Made by a program: the position numbers and the translations under genes
The notes under the pieces: model-generated
Told to the model about the DNA's origin: nothing
The model's database searches: none
Seen by the model: only the letters and a program-made list of their open reading frames with translations
Source: a virus
Length of the DNA: 45,797 nt
Virus record (IMG/VR): IMGVR_UViG_3300012202_000003
Span: 1 to 45,797 of that record
Direction: 5' to 3' (one strand)
Part shown: piece after piece, positions 1-8,461 of the stretch
How positions within the stretch are numbered: position 1 is the stretch's first letter
How the letters are laid out: every line of letters starts with the position of its first letter

Positions 1-123
1 AGTCATCCCCGAAACGTCCCCACCATTAAGCACGCTAATAACAAGCTGTGTCGAGACCTTCGCAGCCTCAAAGTCGACCGCTCGTTGGGCAGCATCCTTT
101 GCGAGGTTGATCGCGAGGAGAAG
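1..123. repeat. Left copy of an exact 123-bp terminal direct repeat (identical to 45675..45797); a circular-assembly overlap
   Basis: Compared base by base: the first 123 nt equal the last 123 nt. The repeat lies inside an open reading frame. Confidence 0.95.
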
Positions 124-213
124 ACAATCCTGGCCACTAATGAGAAAGTCACTCTCATTCCGGGTTGCGAAGGCAGCCACCGCCATCCGAAGGTCTTTAA
201 GGGTTCGTGCCAT
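1..213 (-). CDS. N-terminal 71 codons of a 239-aa virion (head-tail adaptor-like) gene that crosses the linearisation point and continues at 45674->45168
   Basis: Hand translation of the minus strand gives ATG at 213..211, preceded by an in-frame TAA at 216..214. The frame stays open through position 1 and is continuous with the frame of ORF 45168..45707. The peptide starts MARTLKDLRMAVAAFATRNESDFLISGQDCLLLAINLAKDAAQRAVDFEAAK. Confidence 0.7.
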   Translation of the reverse strand, partial: MARTLKDLRMAVAAFATRNESDFLISGQDCLLLAINLAKDAAQRAVDFEAAKVSTQLVISVLNGGDVSGMT

Positions 214-260
214 TTAAAAGAAGGGCATTTTGATAACGGAGACGCCCAAACTCCAATCCT

Positions 261-470
261 TCAGTTCGCCGTGCGCGTCTTGCGGTTGTTCCCACCAAGC
301 ATACCAAAGTTGGACTTGCCAGTTTGGTATTGTTCAGTCGCGTTCGTGGCTTGAAAGGCTTTCGTTATCTTCGCCACTCCTGATACTTTGTTGGTATCTC
401 GGTGATCTACCCCCGAGTCGGGGGTGATCGTCAGATCGTCCAAGTCTTTTGGCACTATCATTTCTTTCAT
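261..470 (-). CDS. Hypothetical 69-aa protein in the head module
   Basis: ORF is preceded by the purine-rich box CAAAGAGAAAGAGAACGAAA directly upstream of its ATG, the same box seen at the scaffold gene. Confidence 0.45.
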   Translation of the reverse strand: MKEMIVPKDLDDLTITPDSGVDHRDTNKVSGVAKITKAFQATNATEQYQTGKSNFGMLGGNNRKTRTAN

Positions 471-494
471 TTTCGTTCTCTTTCTCTTTGAGGG

Positions 495-833
495 TTAGAA
501 GTAGCCATGGACCTCCACAGCCAATGTTCGAGGAGTTGTAACGGTGACATCCACCGGGATGCCCGTGGCTGCTTGGACCTGTGTGAGCACTAGGTAGGTG
601 CCATCCGCCGCGGGTGAGAGCAGATAAACAAGGGAATTGTCATCCAACACCCCATTCGAACAACTCTCAATCTTGGTGAATCCCATCGCGGAAGCGAGGA
701 GCTTGTTGGCAGTGCTACCACAAGTCCACGTTCCATTCAAGGTTACCAACGCACCTTTTCTCTCCTTACCTGTGACACCTCCTTCAGTCCAAGACCGAAG
801 GACCGTCACCTGCGATTGAAGTAGGTCAGCCAT
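495..833 (-). CDS. Hypothetical 112-aa protein immediately downstream of the capsid gene (possible head decoration or accessory protein)
   Basis: ORF is tightly packed after the MCP stop at 838. Call rests on position only. Confidence 0.5.
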   Translation of the reverse strand: MADLLQSQVTVLRSWTEGGVTGKERKGALVTLNGTWTCGSTANKLLASAMGFTKIESCSNGVLDDNSLVYLLSPAADGTYLVLTQVQAATGIPVDVTVTTPRTLAVEVHGYF

Positions 834-837
834 AAGG

Positions 838-2268
838 TTATGGGGTGTAGTCCGTCACATTTTGGAGATACATATGACTCTCAGGGAAGCGACATTCAAG
901 GCCGGCTTCGGTGAGCCATTCGTCCTTACGATAATCCGCATCGTTCGGCTGGCGATTCTTCAACAGTTCAGTGTCACGGCCCTGAACATACCGATACCGC
1001 AGATTTTGGATATCCAAAAAGAGGGCGTTGTAACGCATGGCGGCGTTCTGCGAGAAGAGTGGATGACTCTTGTAGTAGATCGTTCCATAGGGTGTCTGGT
1101 GACGCACGACACTCATTCCATAGGTGTCGGTTAGAGGAAGATCCGCCGTGAGGGTGGTCTTGCTCTTATACATCTGGTTGATCACCGAGAGAAAGCCTGA
1201 ACCACACAGCACCAACTTCTCATTCGCGGTGTTGTTCGTAACACGAAATACACGTTCTAGGTACTTCTCATACGTCTTTTCGTTGATACTCCCCGCTGCG
1301 TTTGAGATGATCCGTTTGTTGTCATCGGTGTCGAGCGTTGCGGCTGCGTTTCCATAGATCGTCCCAGCTTCCCAGTCAATCAAGAACCCGAGGATACCAC
1401 CAGTTTGAAACTGGAGGAGGCCCGCCACGTTGGTCTTGCTTTTATAACCGAAAAGGAAACCCTTTTCCATTTCGATCATATGTTGCACCGATGATTCCTT
1501 CGCTTTGTCCTTGTAAGGTCCGGTCTCATCATACTTCAACCCAGTCTTCAACGCCGTGCCGGTCATACTGAACGGAGTTCGGAAGATTTGAGCGTTGTTT
1601 GTCGGATTCACCGGAATCGTGTAGATCTCGGAGGTAGCTGCCATGATCGTGCCCTGAGCGCCGAGGTCCTGGCCCTGTTGGAAGCTCGAACCGATAACGA
1701 GAACTTCCTTTCCAACATAAGCTGCGAGGTTGCTGAGCAACGTCGTGGAAGCTTGCTGAAGGTAAGGCTTTGCCAAGATACGAGCGTTCATGAAGCCCGC
1801 GTTAGCTGTGCTCACGAAGGTAATCTGCGCAATCAGGTCGAAAGTGCCCGCGCCCGTGGTTGTCCATGTGATCGCTGGAATCCTCACGATATGACCAGCA
1901 CGGAACTGTGAACTATCCGCTACCCTAAAGCGGATCATCTGGTTTGCACCAGCCGTCCCGGCAGCGTTGAACCCTGCCATCGTTAGCGTGGCCGCACCAT
2001 CAGCGGTGAGGGAATCATCCACTCCCGAAGAGGGTGTAGCTGTGAAGACCAACGTCGTGGTCGCAACGACCATTGTCGATCTCTGTTCGGCAAGTCGCTT
2101 CTCATACCAGGAAAATTGTGGGTCATCTGTATCTTCCTCCTGAAGAAGAGACAGAAGGCCCGTTAAGGGCGCTGCTCCGTTGGGATAGAAGTAAAACACC
2201 TGCCGGCGGATGTTCTGAAAACGCCAGTTAGGGTCTGACTCTGTGTTTAAAAGGCCAAGAATGGCCAT
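838..2268 (-). CDS. Major capsid protein (476 aa)
   Basis: Sits in the canonical portal-scaffold-capsid order. Size fits, and a GAAAGAAC box lies upstream of the ATG. No motif-level proof. Confidence 0.7.
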   Translation of the reverse strand: MAILGLLNTESDPNWRFQNIRRQVFYFYPNGAAPLTGLLSLLQEEDTDDPQFSWYEKRLAEQRSTMVVATTTLVFTATPSSGVDDSLTADGAATLTMAGFNAAGTAGANQMIRFRVADSSQFRAGHIVRIPAITWTTTGAGTFDLIAQITFVSTANAGFMNARILAKPYLQQASTTLLSNLAAYVGKEVLVIGSSFQQGQDLGAQGTIMAATSEIYTIPVNPTNNAQIFRTPFSMTGTALKTGLKYDETGPYKDKAKESSVQHMIEMEKGFLFGYKSKTNVAGLLQFQTGGILGFLIDWEAGTIYGNAAATLDTDDNKRIISNAAGSINEKTYEKYLERVFRVTNNTANEKLVLCGSGFLSVINQMYKSKTTLTADLPLTDTYGMSVVRHQTPYGTIYYKSHPLFSQNAAMRYNALFLDIQNLRYRYVQGRDTELLKNRQPNDADYRKDEWLTEAGLECRFPESHMYLQNVTDYTP

Positions 2269-2282
2269 AACGGTTCTTTCAT

Positions 2283-3107
2283 TTAACTAAACACGGCCTG
2301 ACCGGGAGACTTCGATTTCGAAGCCGCCGGAGCACCGTTTCCTGCTCCACCTTGCCCCCCGCCCGAGAGCGTGGACATACGTGTGGTGGGGGCAGCACCG
2401 GGAGCGGCCCCTACTTGAGCAGCGGCCATTCCTGGTAACGCCTTTATAATAAGGCGAGATTGGTCGGCTATGAATTTGAACCCTTCTTCTTTGGTTCCTT
2501 TCCAGCCATTTGTCTTCATATCGGCGACGACCTTTTGCACGATCATCTCGAAACCTTTAAGGTCTTTGTTGACCTCAGTAAACTCAGCCCACAATGCCTT
2601 TTCCTGTTCCTTTTGAGCATAGGTCAACGCAGGTGAGAATTTCGCCTCAAGTTGTTCGCGTGCTTCTTGAAGTTGATAAGCCGCAAGCGTGGCCACTTGT
2701 TTTGCTACTCCCTGAGCAACCTCTGCCAGAGCAGCGAGAGCGCCGTCGCCACCAGCAAGGATTGCATCCCGCAAAGCGGGGGTGGGCTTGAAGATATTGA
2801 ACGCCTTATCAAAGTCCTCTTGGGTATATTGCTTTGTCGATTGCGTCGCCGGGGCTGCTTGAGGCTGGCCAACCCCTGCTTTCTTAAAGGCGGCGGCGAT
2901 CTCGTCCGCGGTCAAAGCGGAAGGAGGTGGCGTTGTGGGTAGAGTGCCCACTGGCGGAGTCCCGTCACCACCTGGTGGGGTGACTGGTGGCGTCCCTCCT
3001 TCAGCAGGTAGTGTTCCTGACGCTGGCGGCGTAGTAGGAGGTGTGCCGAATACTCCTCCCCCACCCTCCACCGAGTCAGCCATTCTCATTATCGTGTGTA
3101 ATTTCAT
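2283..3107 (-). CDS. Scaffolding protein (274 aa)
   Basis: Lies between portal and capsid. It has a Pro/Gly/Thr-rich N-terminus, a helical charged body and an Ala/Gly-rich tail. Confidence 0.6.
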   Translation of the reverse strand: MKLHTIMRMADSVEGGGGVFGTPPTTPPASGTLPAEGGTPPVTPPGGDGTPPVGTLPTTPPPSALTADEIAAAFKKAGVGQPQAAPATQSTKQYTQEDFDKAFNIFKPTPALRDAILAGGDGALAALAEVAQGVAKQVATLAAYQLQEAREQLEAKFSPALTYAQKEQEKALWAEFTEVNKDLKGFEMIVQKVVADMKTNGWKGTKEEGFKFIADQSRLIIKALPGMAAAQVGAAPGAAPTTRMSTLSGGGQGGAGNGAPAASKSKSPGQAVFS

Positions 3108-3393
3108 TTTGTTCTTTCTCTTTGGAGACTTCTTCTTGAAGTCTTTGTATCGTCAAATCCAGAAGTTGCCTCACCCGACTTTGGCCTCTGGCCTCGCCAA
3201 TATCCTGCTCACGTAGGAAGAATTCTTCAACCGTTCCCACACGCTTGTTGAGCACTTCAAAGACCTTACCCTTCGTCTCAACCACCAACGCCTCTTCCAG
3301 CGCCAGAAAGGCCATGTTCTCGTTCAATGCAGCGAACGCCCTAAGCTGGTCCGCCTTGGAAAAGTCCTGAAAGTCCACTTTGGCCTGGTTCAT
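3076..3393 (-). CDS. Hypothetical helical acidic protein (105 aa; alternative start at 3315 gives 79 aa)
   Basis: ORF between portal and scaffold. The 3393 start overlaps the portal 3' end by 53 nt. The ATG at 3315 avoids the overlap and follows ACGAGAAC. Confidence 0.45.
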   Translation of the reverse strand: MNQAKVDFQDFSKADQLRAFAALNENMAFLALEEALVVETKGKVFEVLNKRVGTVEEFFLREQDIGEARGQSRVRQLLDLTIQRLQEEVSKEKEQNEITHDNENG

Positions 3394-5275
3394 ACGGTTG
3401 AGAGGGCGCCGGAAGCGCCGGAGGTTGAGTTAGAGGGGTGACATTCCCTGGCATCCCCGGTGTAGGCGGCGGTGCGAGCGTGAATCGCTCGGGGTTGCGC
3501 ACCCCCCGTAACTCAAGTTGTTCCATTAACATCGCACGAGGGTCGATCTGAAGAGCGACAGCAGCCTGCGGGTTTGGGATGAGAGCCGTAAGCACCTCTT
3601 GGAGGGCCTGCGCAATAAGCACCTTCTCGCTCGGCAACGTCCCATCAAAGACCTCAAAGTCATAATTTCCCACTAAGTCCTCTTTGTCAGCTTTGATAAA
3701 GTCCGCTCCCATTGCTTTGTCCGCACCGACAAGGTTGACCACCGTTTTCTCGTCGAGACCGTCTCGGAGGTTTGAGAGCATCTTTCGTCCCATTGGTTCG
3801 AGAGCACCTCGGAAGATAAGCGTCGCAATCATCTTCAGCCGCGCTGCTGCGGAGGAGTTGACGTTCCGAGCCTCTGTTGCAGACCGGCGACCTGTATGAA
3901 ACTGCCCCAAAAGGTTATCCGAAATGCCCGTCGTAAGCTGCACCATATCCTGAAGGAATTTCGCGTCCGCGAGGTGGTTCTGCGTCACGTCCTGGATGTT
4001 AAGTTGCTTCACAACCCGGTCAATTCCTCCTCGTGCCGCAGCAAGGGGCTTGAGGCGTATCACCGGGTTCCTTGCCTGAAGGTCTTTCATCTCCACCCCT
4101 TCAGGGTCGACGATAAGGTAGTTTGAAATCACCTTCCGCACCGAGGTGATGCGAGAATTGATGAACCAGGAGATAACACTCTGAAGCGAATCAATAGTCT
4201 CCGATAGACCCATATTCACAAGGTTGTGGAAGTCCGGCGCATACTCGGCTACGTCATAGGTAAACTGCCCATGAAGATAGTTCATCGGTTCGCACTTGAT
4301 CACTCGCTGATCGTTGACATACCAAACCACATACTTCACCGGGTATTTCTCCGGTCCGAGGGGTTTGTCGTCCACCATATATTCCGACGGAATGATCGAC
4401 CTCTGCACCTCAGTCACCAACCGATTGCCTTTGCTTTGGGCTGAGTCAGCAAACTGTGTCATCGCCTCGTCCATCGAAAGACCCATTGAGTGATGCCAGT
4501 TCCCTCGTGCCTCAAGAGCTTGAATGGAGAAGCCTTTTGTGAACTCGACCCCAGAAACCTCCCCGCGGTTCTGCATTTCCATTAACGCCGTGTAGCTATA
4601 TTCGTCCTCCGAAGCGACAAACTCTCCCTCTTGAAAGCGGCATAAAGGCAGACGAACATCAGGAAAGAAGCGATACGGGGAAATGTTCAGAATTTTATTC
4701 CCAAGATACTTTGTCACCGTCTGCTGAGCATATGCCTGGACTTGTGGCACTTCCTGCACCCCCTGAAAAGGAGAGGTTGGCGGTATCGCTACCGGCATTG
4801 AGACCTGTTGAGTTTCACGGGTCCAGGAGGTTTTCACAATGCCCATTCCGAAGCGGGCAACGTCGAGCAAGAACTGATAGAGTCGCGCCTCGAAGATATT
4901 ATAGGAGAGGTCACGCGCAAGGAACGCCTCCCCTATCTTTGCGGGTTCTTGATCTTCTTCGGACATTCCTAAAAGTTCGAAGAAACGCTCTCTCTGTGTG
5001 AATAACGAAAAGCAGAACGAGACAAATGTCTGCACCTGAGAATAGGAAATAGGCACAACCATTTTCTCAGGTTCTCGTCGCTCACGCGCTTTCTTGTCCT
5101 GCTCGTCGGCACGGATGATCCCGCGGTAGATGTCGTCGTTTTTATCCCATTGGTCATAGAACACCCGCATCCTTCGACGGGACATTTCGACAAGTTTCTT
5201 TGAGTCCGCAAGAATGGTCTTGTGGAACTCACTTTGCTGCTCCCCCTTCAAAGAGTCTGTGACGTAGGATTCCAT
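3341..5275 (-). CDS. Portal protein (644 aa)
   Basis: Size and position upstream of scaffold and capsid fit a portal. Preceded by motif copy 5280..5304 plus GGAG. Confidence 0.75.
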   Translation of the reverse strand: MESYVTDSLKGEQQSEFHKTILADSKKLVEMSRRRMRVFYDQWDKNDDIYRGIIRADEQDKKARERREPEKMVVPISYSQVQTFVSFCFSLFTQRERFFELLGMSEEDQEPAKIGEAFLARDLSYNIFEARLYQFLLDVARFGMGIVKTSWTRETQQVSMPVAIPPTSPFQGVQEVPQVQAYAQQTVTKYLGNKILNISPYRFFPDVRLPLCRFQEGEFVASEDEYSYTALMEMQNRGEVSGVEFTKGFSIQALEARGNWHHSMGLSMDEAMTQFADSAQSKGNRLVTEVQRSIIPSEYMVDDKPLGPEKYPVKYVVWYVNDQRVIKCEPMNYLHGQFTYDVAEYAPDFHNLVNMGLSETIDSLQSVISWFINSRITSVRKVISNYLIVDPEGVEMKDLQARNPVIRLKPLAAARGGIDRVVKQLNIQDVTQNHLADAKFLQDMVQLTTGISDNLLGQFHTGRRSATEARNVNSSAAARLKMIATLIFRGALEPMGRKMLSNLRDGLDEKTVVNLVGADKAMGADFIKADKEDLVGNYDFEVFDGTLPSEKVLIAQALQEVLTALIPNPQAAVALQIDPRAMLMEQLELRGVRNPERFTLAPPPTPGMPGNVTPLTQPPALPAPSQPYEPGQSGLSGLFQGGPA

Positions 5276-5279
5276 CTCC

Positions 5280-5304
5280 GTTCGGGTTAATTATTGCCCT
5301 GAAC
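5280..5304 (-). promoter_or_regulatory. 25-nt dyad motif copy 1 (minus-strand reading GTTCAGGGCAATAATTAACCCGAAC)
   Basis: Fills the gap between the upstream stop (TAG, 5307..5305) and GGAG-ATG of the portal gene. Matches the consensus GTKMRGGKYAATAATTRMCCYKMAC. Confidence 0.6.
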
Positions 5305-5631
5305 CTAGCTTTTTGTTGGCGGCACCGTCTCGTCAATATGATCTGCAAGTTGCGATGCAGTTTTCTTATTCGCATACGCAGCGTAAGCAGCAAGAATAGC
5401 AGAAAGCCCTGTTGCACCGAATGTTCCATAAGGGCCTAGCACACTTCCTACCTGACCAATCGCGGGGTTTGGTGAGATCACCACCGGACCATTCGTGCCG
5501 CCACCAGATTGCACAAAGGCAGGGGATTTTGCAAACCATGTTCCGGCTTTCGTTCCTGCACACCCTATAACCAACATCCATATTGCAACTATCACCACCG
5601 TTATCGTTGTCTTCATTTTGTTCCTTTTCAT
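5305..5631 (-). CDS. Predicted lipoprotein (o-spanin-like candidate)
   Basis: Signal peptide followed by lipobox LVIGC|AG. The mature part is Gly/Pro-rich. Shares an ATGA overlap with the upstream TM coiled-coil gene. An alternative ATG at 5616 gives MKTTITVV. Confidence 0.5.
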   Translation of the reverse strand: MKRNKMKTTITVVIVAIWMLVIGCAGTKAGTWFAKSPAFVQSGGGTNGPVVISPNPAIGQVGSVLGPYGTFGATGLSAILAAYAAYANKKTASQLADHIDETVPPTKS

Positions 5632-6158
5632 TTTATCTCGTTTGACCGCCGCCTTCTTAACTCATCTAGATCGCTCTTTACTTGGTAATCCTGCCATTCT
5701 TGTAAGCGTTTAATACCTTCTGCATTTTGTTCTACAGCACGAACTGCTTCAACATGTCGCTCTAACGAGCGGCTGTCCAAGTTTGCAATACCCTGACGGG
5801 CTGTCTCAATAGAAAGTTGAAATTCTTTCTGTAGTTTTGTGTCTAATGACTCAAGCCCGCGCTCCGAGGCCCTTTCCACCCTTTGAAGAGAAGAAGTGAA
5901 GTAGATCCCAACAGGAGTTGCTACCATCCCAACAATACCAAGAATAATCGTCGCGAGTTGGAAGTTTGGCTTCGTCGAATCGCTAACTCGATCCCGCACT
6001 TCAGCGAAACCTCGGTTGACCGAATCACGAATATTATCCAACGCACGACCAAACTGATCAAGCCGCTCTCCAAGAGATTGTATTTGCTCTGCATTCGACT
6101 TCGATTGAGCAAATACCTCTGCGAGTTGGACTACTGAATTTGTATCTTTTATCGCCAT
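5628..6158 (-). CDS. Single-pass membrane coiled-coil protein (i-spanin-like candidate, 176 aa)
   Basis: One hydrophobic segment (FQLATIILGIVGMVATPVGIYF) is flanked by heptad-like charged helices. It is translationally coupled to the lipoprotein gene. Confidence 0.5.
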   Translation of the reverse strand: MAIKDTNSVVQLAEVFAQSKSNAEQIQSLGERLDQFGRALDNIRDSVNRGFAEVRDRVSDSTKPNFQLATIILGIVGMVATPVGIYFTSSLQRVERASERGLESLDTKLQKEFQLSIETARQGIANLDSRSLERHVEAVRAVEQNAEGIKRLQEWQDYQVKSDLDELRRRRSNEIK

Positions 6159-6799
6159 GCTACAGTAAGATCAGCAGGAGTTGTCCCTGCAGTGACGATC
6201 GTAAGGCCGGTGTTGAAGCGCACATCATAAAGCAACGTCGCGACATTTAAAGTCGTATCGAGCGTTCCAATCTTTGGCACTGTAGCAGATGTGTTGTCGT
6301 AGATTGTTGCGGTAGTGGCAGCACCTCTTGTATTCACAGAGAGATAATGAAGCACGCCTGTGCCGCTCTTTACCACTGTAGTGGCGTTTGTTGTAATGTT
6401 GGTATAGTTATTATCAAAAACTCCACCTGTGCCACTTGCTAATGTTGCTCCTGAAAGGGTGAAGGCGTTTGAATCAGTCGTTGTTAAGACTAGGTTATTC
6501 CCACCAAGCCCCGGCTCTGTCGCGACAACAATTACAATATTTCCCGGCACCTGAACAGCATAGACAGATCGAACAAAGGTAGTGGTAAAGCCCAAATCTT
6601 GCCGAGATAGGTCGGAGTTAATCACCGCCACAAGGGATTGGCAAATCTGTTGGGGGGTGTCGCCAAAGAAATGTGTCTTGTAGGTCAACGTCGTCCCACC
6701 GATGACAATATTCGGTGTTGCTGTAGGCTTGCTGTTAACGACGATATAACCAAAAGCTTGTTGACCAAAAGGCCGATAATATTCAATTCCAGGATTCAT
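6149..6799 (-). CDS. Hypothetical Thr/Gly/Asn-rich beta protein (216 aa), probably structural
   Basis: ATGA overlap with the TerL stop. Composition is typical of fibre or decoration proteins. Confidence 0.5.
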   Translation of the reverse strand: MNPGIEYYRPFGQQAFGYIVVNSKPTATPNIVIGGTTLTYKTHFFGDTPQQICQSLVAVINSDLSRQDLGFTTTFVRSVYAVQVPGNIVIVVATEPGLGGNNLVLTTTDSNAFTLSGATLASGTGGVFDNNYTNITTNATTVVKSGTGVLHYLSVNTRGAATTATIYDNTSATVPKIGTLDTTLNVATLLYDVRFNTGLTIVTAGTTPADLTVAWR

Positions 6800-8286
6800 A
6801 ACGCGAAGGAAATGTCTCGAAGGTCGAGATTTGGCCGGCCCACGATGGCTTCATCTTCGACAGGTTTGTTTGAGGGGTCTTCTCGGGGCACGTAGCGCAT
6901 ACCAGAAAGCTCTAGGCGGTAAAGATTCTCCATCATGTGGTCGTCTTTGTCAAGTGGGCGGTTTTCTTTCTCATCCCAACAATAACGCTGAATCTCCCAC
7001 AACGTCCGACGACAGGCAGGAGTGAAAAAGGTCTGCCCCGCTGGAGCAGCGAGCATCTCCTGAACTTTCAAGATACCAGTTGAAAGGTCTTTTGTGGCCC
7101 GCTCGACACAGACTCCATGACGCTCGAACTCGTAGGCCATGTTTGTCTCGGTGATCGGATCATTTATGTAAGCAATCGGGTCCACTTTGGTCCAGAGGGC
7201 GTGTCTTCCAAAATGAACGCGCCGGATATCAGCGGAGAGGTCAGCGATCGAACAGTGCCGAAACGTGTCGACAAAGTAGAACTTCTGACCAAGAGCGTTG
7301 AGGGCACAGTATAGCACAGCATGTGGAGTTTGTGGATGGGGGTCCACCGCGGTATAGATAGTATAATCGAGCGGAGGATTTTCATACGATGTCCACCCTA
7401 AGGGAAGGTCTTTGAGGACGTGTTTGTCCCATGAGAACTCTTTGTAGATCAACCCTGATAGATGAAGAGGAATACCATAAAGGCGACATTGCTTCTCGTC
7501 CTCGGTGAGCAAAGCCTCGAACTCTGCAATCGCATCTTTCAACAAGTAAGGGTTATCGTAGATTGAGCCGGTGTCTGCCCAGACGCTATCCCGCAGTTGG
7601 CCCCCTGTATCTTGGGGGAAGAAATAATCGTTAATCCAGAACTCAGTCAGTGGTGTGAGAGTGAAGATAGCCGACCCACCTCGATCAACAAGTCCACGAG
7701 CAGACGCCTTGAACATATCCTCAGGACATGGCTCATCGACATGGATCAAGTCCCAGTCTGAACTTTCACTCCCAAGTGGGTTGGCTTTGAAGCTCTTGAC
7801 TGTATCGAAGCGCCATACCGATTTATTCACCCCTTCAATCATGTCGATTGCGCCGGTGTGGTTGCGACGGACGCTCTTCACCACGTCCTTCGGGAGCATC
7901 TTCCAGACCTTTCCCCCGTCCGCTTTCTGCGAGGTCCATATCTCGTCGACCTTATCCCAGTCGGTGGTGATCGTGAGAATCTTTGTGGGATGCTGTGGGA
8001 TACCCCCTCGCCGAGCAGAATCGCTTTCGGCATACCAAGAACGTTCGTTCATAAACCATGCGCAATCTTCCGCGCACCCCATAGTCGATTTTCCATAGCG
8101 GTTTCCCGACCGGATCATCCGTCGCTTAAAGCGCACCCCCGCCCGATGAAAAGCATCCTGCTTTGGGAAAGGCCGGTAGTAAGCCAAGCCGAACCGCTTC
8201 ACCAACTCAAGCTTTCGCTTAAGCAATGTCGCACGTTGGCGCTTTAGCAAAAGCACCTCGGGGTCATCTTGAAGATCAGAGGTCAT
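6796..8286 (-). CDS. terL: Terminase large subunit (496 aa)
   Basis: Walker A-like SGNRYGKST and Walker B-like LIHVDEP, followed by a C-terminal nuclease-sized domain. Confidence 0.85.
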   Translation of the reverse strand: MTSDLQDDPEVLLLKRQRATLLKRKLELVKRFGLAYYRPFPKQDAFHRAGVRFKRRMIRSGNRYGKSTMGCAEDCAWFMNERSWYAESDSARRGGIPQHPTKILTITTDWDKVDEIWTSQKADGGKVWKMLPKDVVKSVRRNHTGAIDMIEGVNKSVWRFDTVKSFKANPLGSESSDWDLIHVDEPCPEDMFKASARGLVDRGGSAIFTLTPLTEFWINDYFFPQDTGGQLRDSVWADTGSIYDNPYLLKDAIAEFEALLTEDEKQCRLYGIPLHLSGLIYKEFSWDKHVLKDLPLGWTSYENPPLDYTIYTAVDPHPQTPHAVLYCALNALGQKFYFVDTFRHCSIADLSADIRRVHFGRHALWTKVDPIAYINDPITETNMAYEFERHGVCVERATKDLSTGILKVQEMLAAPAGQTFFTPACRRTLWEIQRYCWDEKENRPLDKDDHMMENLYRLELSGMRYVPREDPSNKPVEDEAIVGRPNLDLRDISFAL

Positions 8287-8456
8287 TTTGAGAACAGATC
8301 GCTCATCCGGGCGCCACCACCCTCACCGGTGTTGGCATAGATTGCTCGCATCGCGGCTTTGGCCTTCTCGACCGAGGCATGGTGCGATACCACCTTTCCG
8401 GTAGCTTTCTTGACGAGCACCGCTCCTTCCTTCGTTTTCTTGATCGAATAGGGCAT
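8283..8456 (-). CDS. Small basic hypothetical protein (57 aa from ATG 8456)
   Basis: The track ORF starts at a TTG at 8465; the first ATG is at 8456 (MPYSIKKTKEG...). ATGA overlap with the terL start. Confidence 0.45.
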   Translation of the reverse strand: MPYSIKKTKEGAVLVKKATGKVVSHHASVEKAKAAMRAIYANTGEGGGARMSDLFSK

Positions 8457-8461
8457 AACCT

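Noticed and set aside
1-123. Interpreting the 123-bp redundancy as a physical T7-like direct terminal repeat
   Set aside because: The repeat lies wholly within an open reading frame that continues seamlessly across the junction. Real short DTRs are normally noncoding. Coverage data are still needed to exclude it.
5280-5304. Reading the motif core AATAAT as a sigma-70 -10 box
   Set aside because: No TTGACA-like hexamer lies 16-18 nt upstream in any copy; that region is the 3' end of the upstream gene with unrelated sequence. The strict dyad symmetry extends well beyond a -10 element. A non-sigma-70 promoter or an operator remains possible.
7655-8247. Plus-strand ORFs of 147 and 129 aa
   Set aside because: They are antisense to the terminase large subunit, which has Walker A/B motifs.
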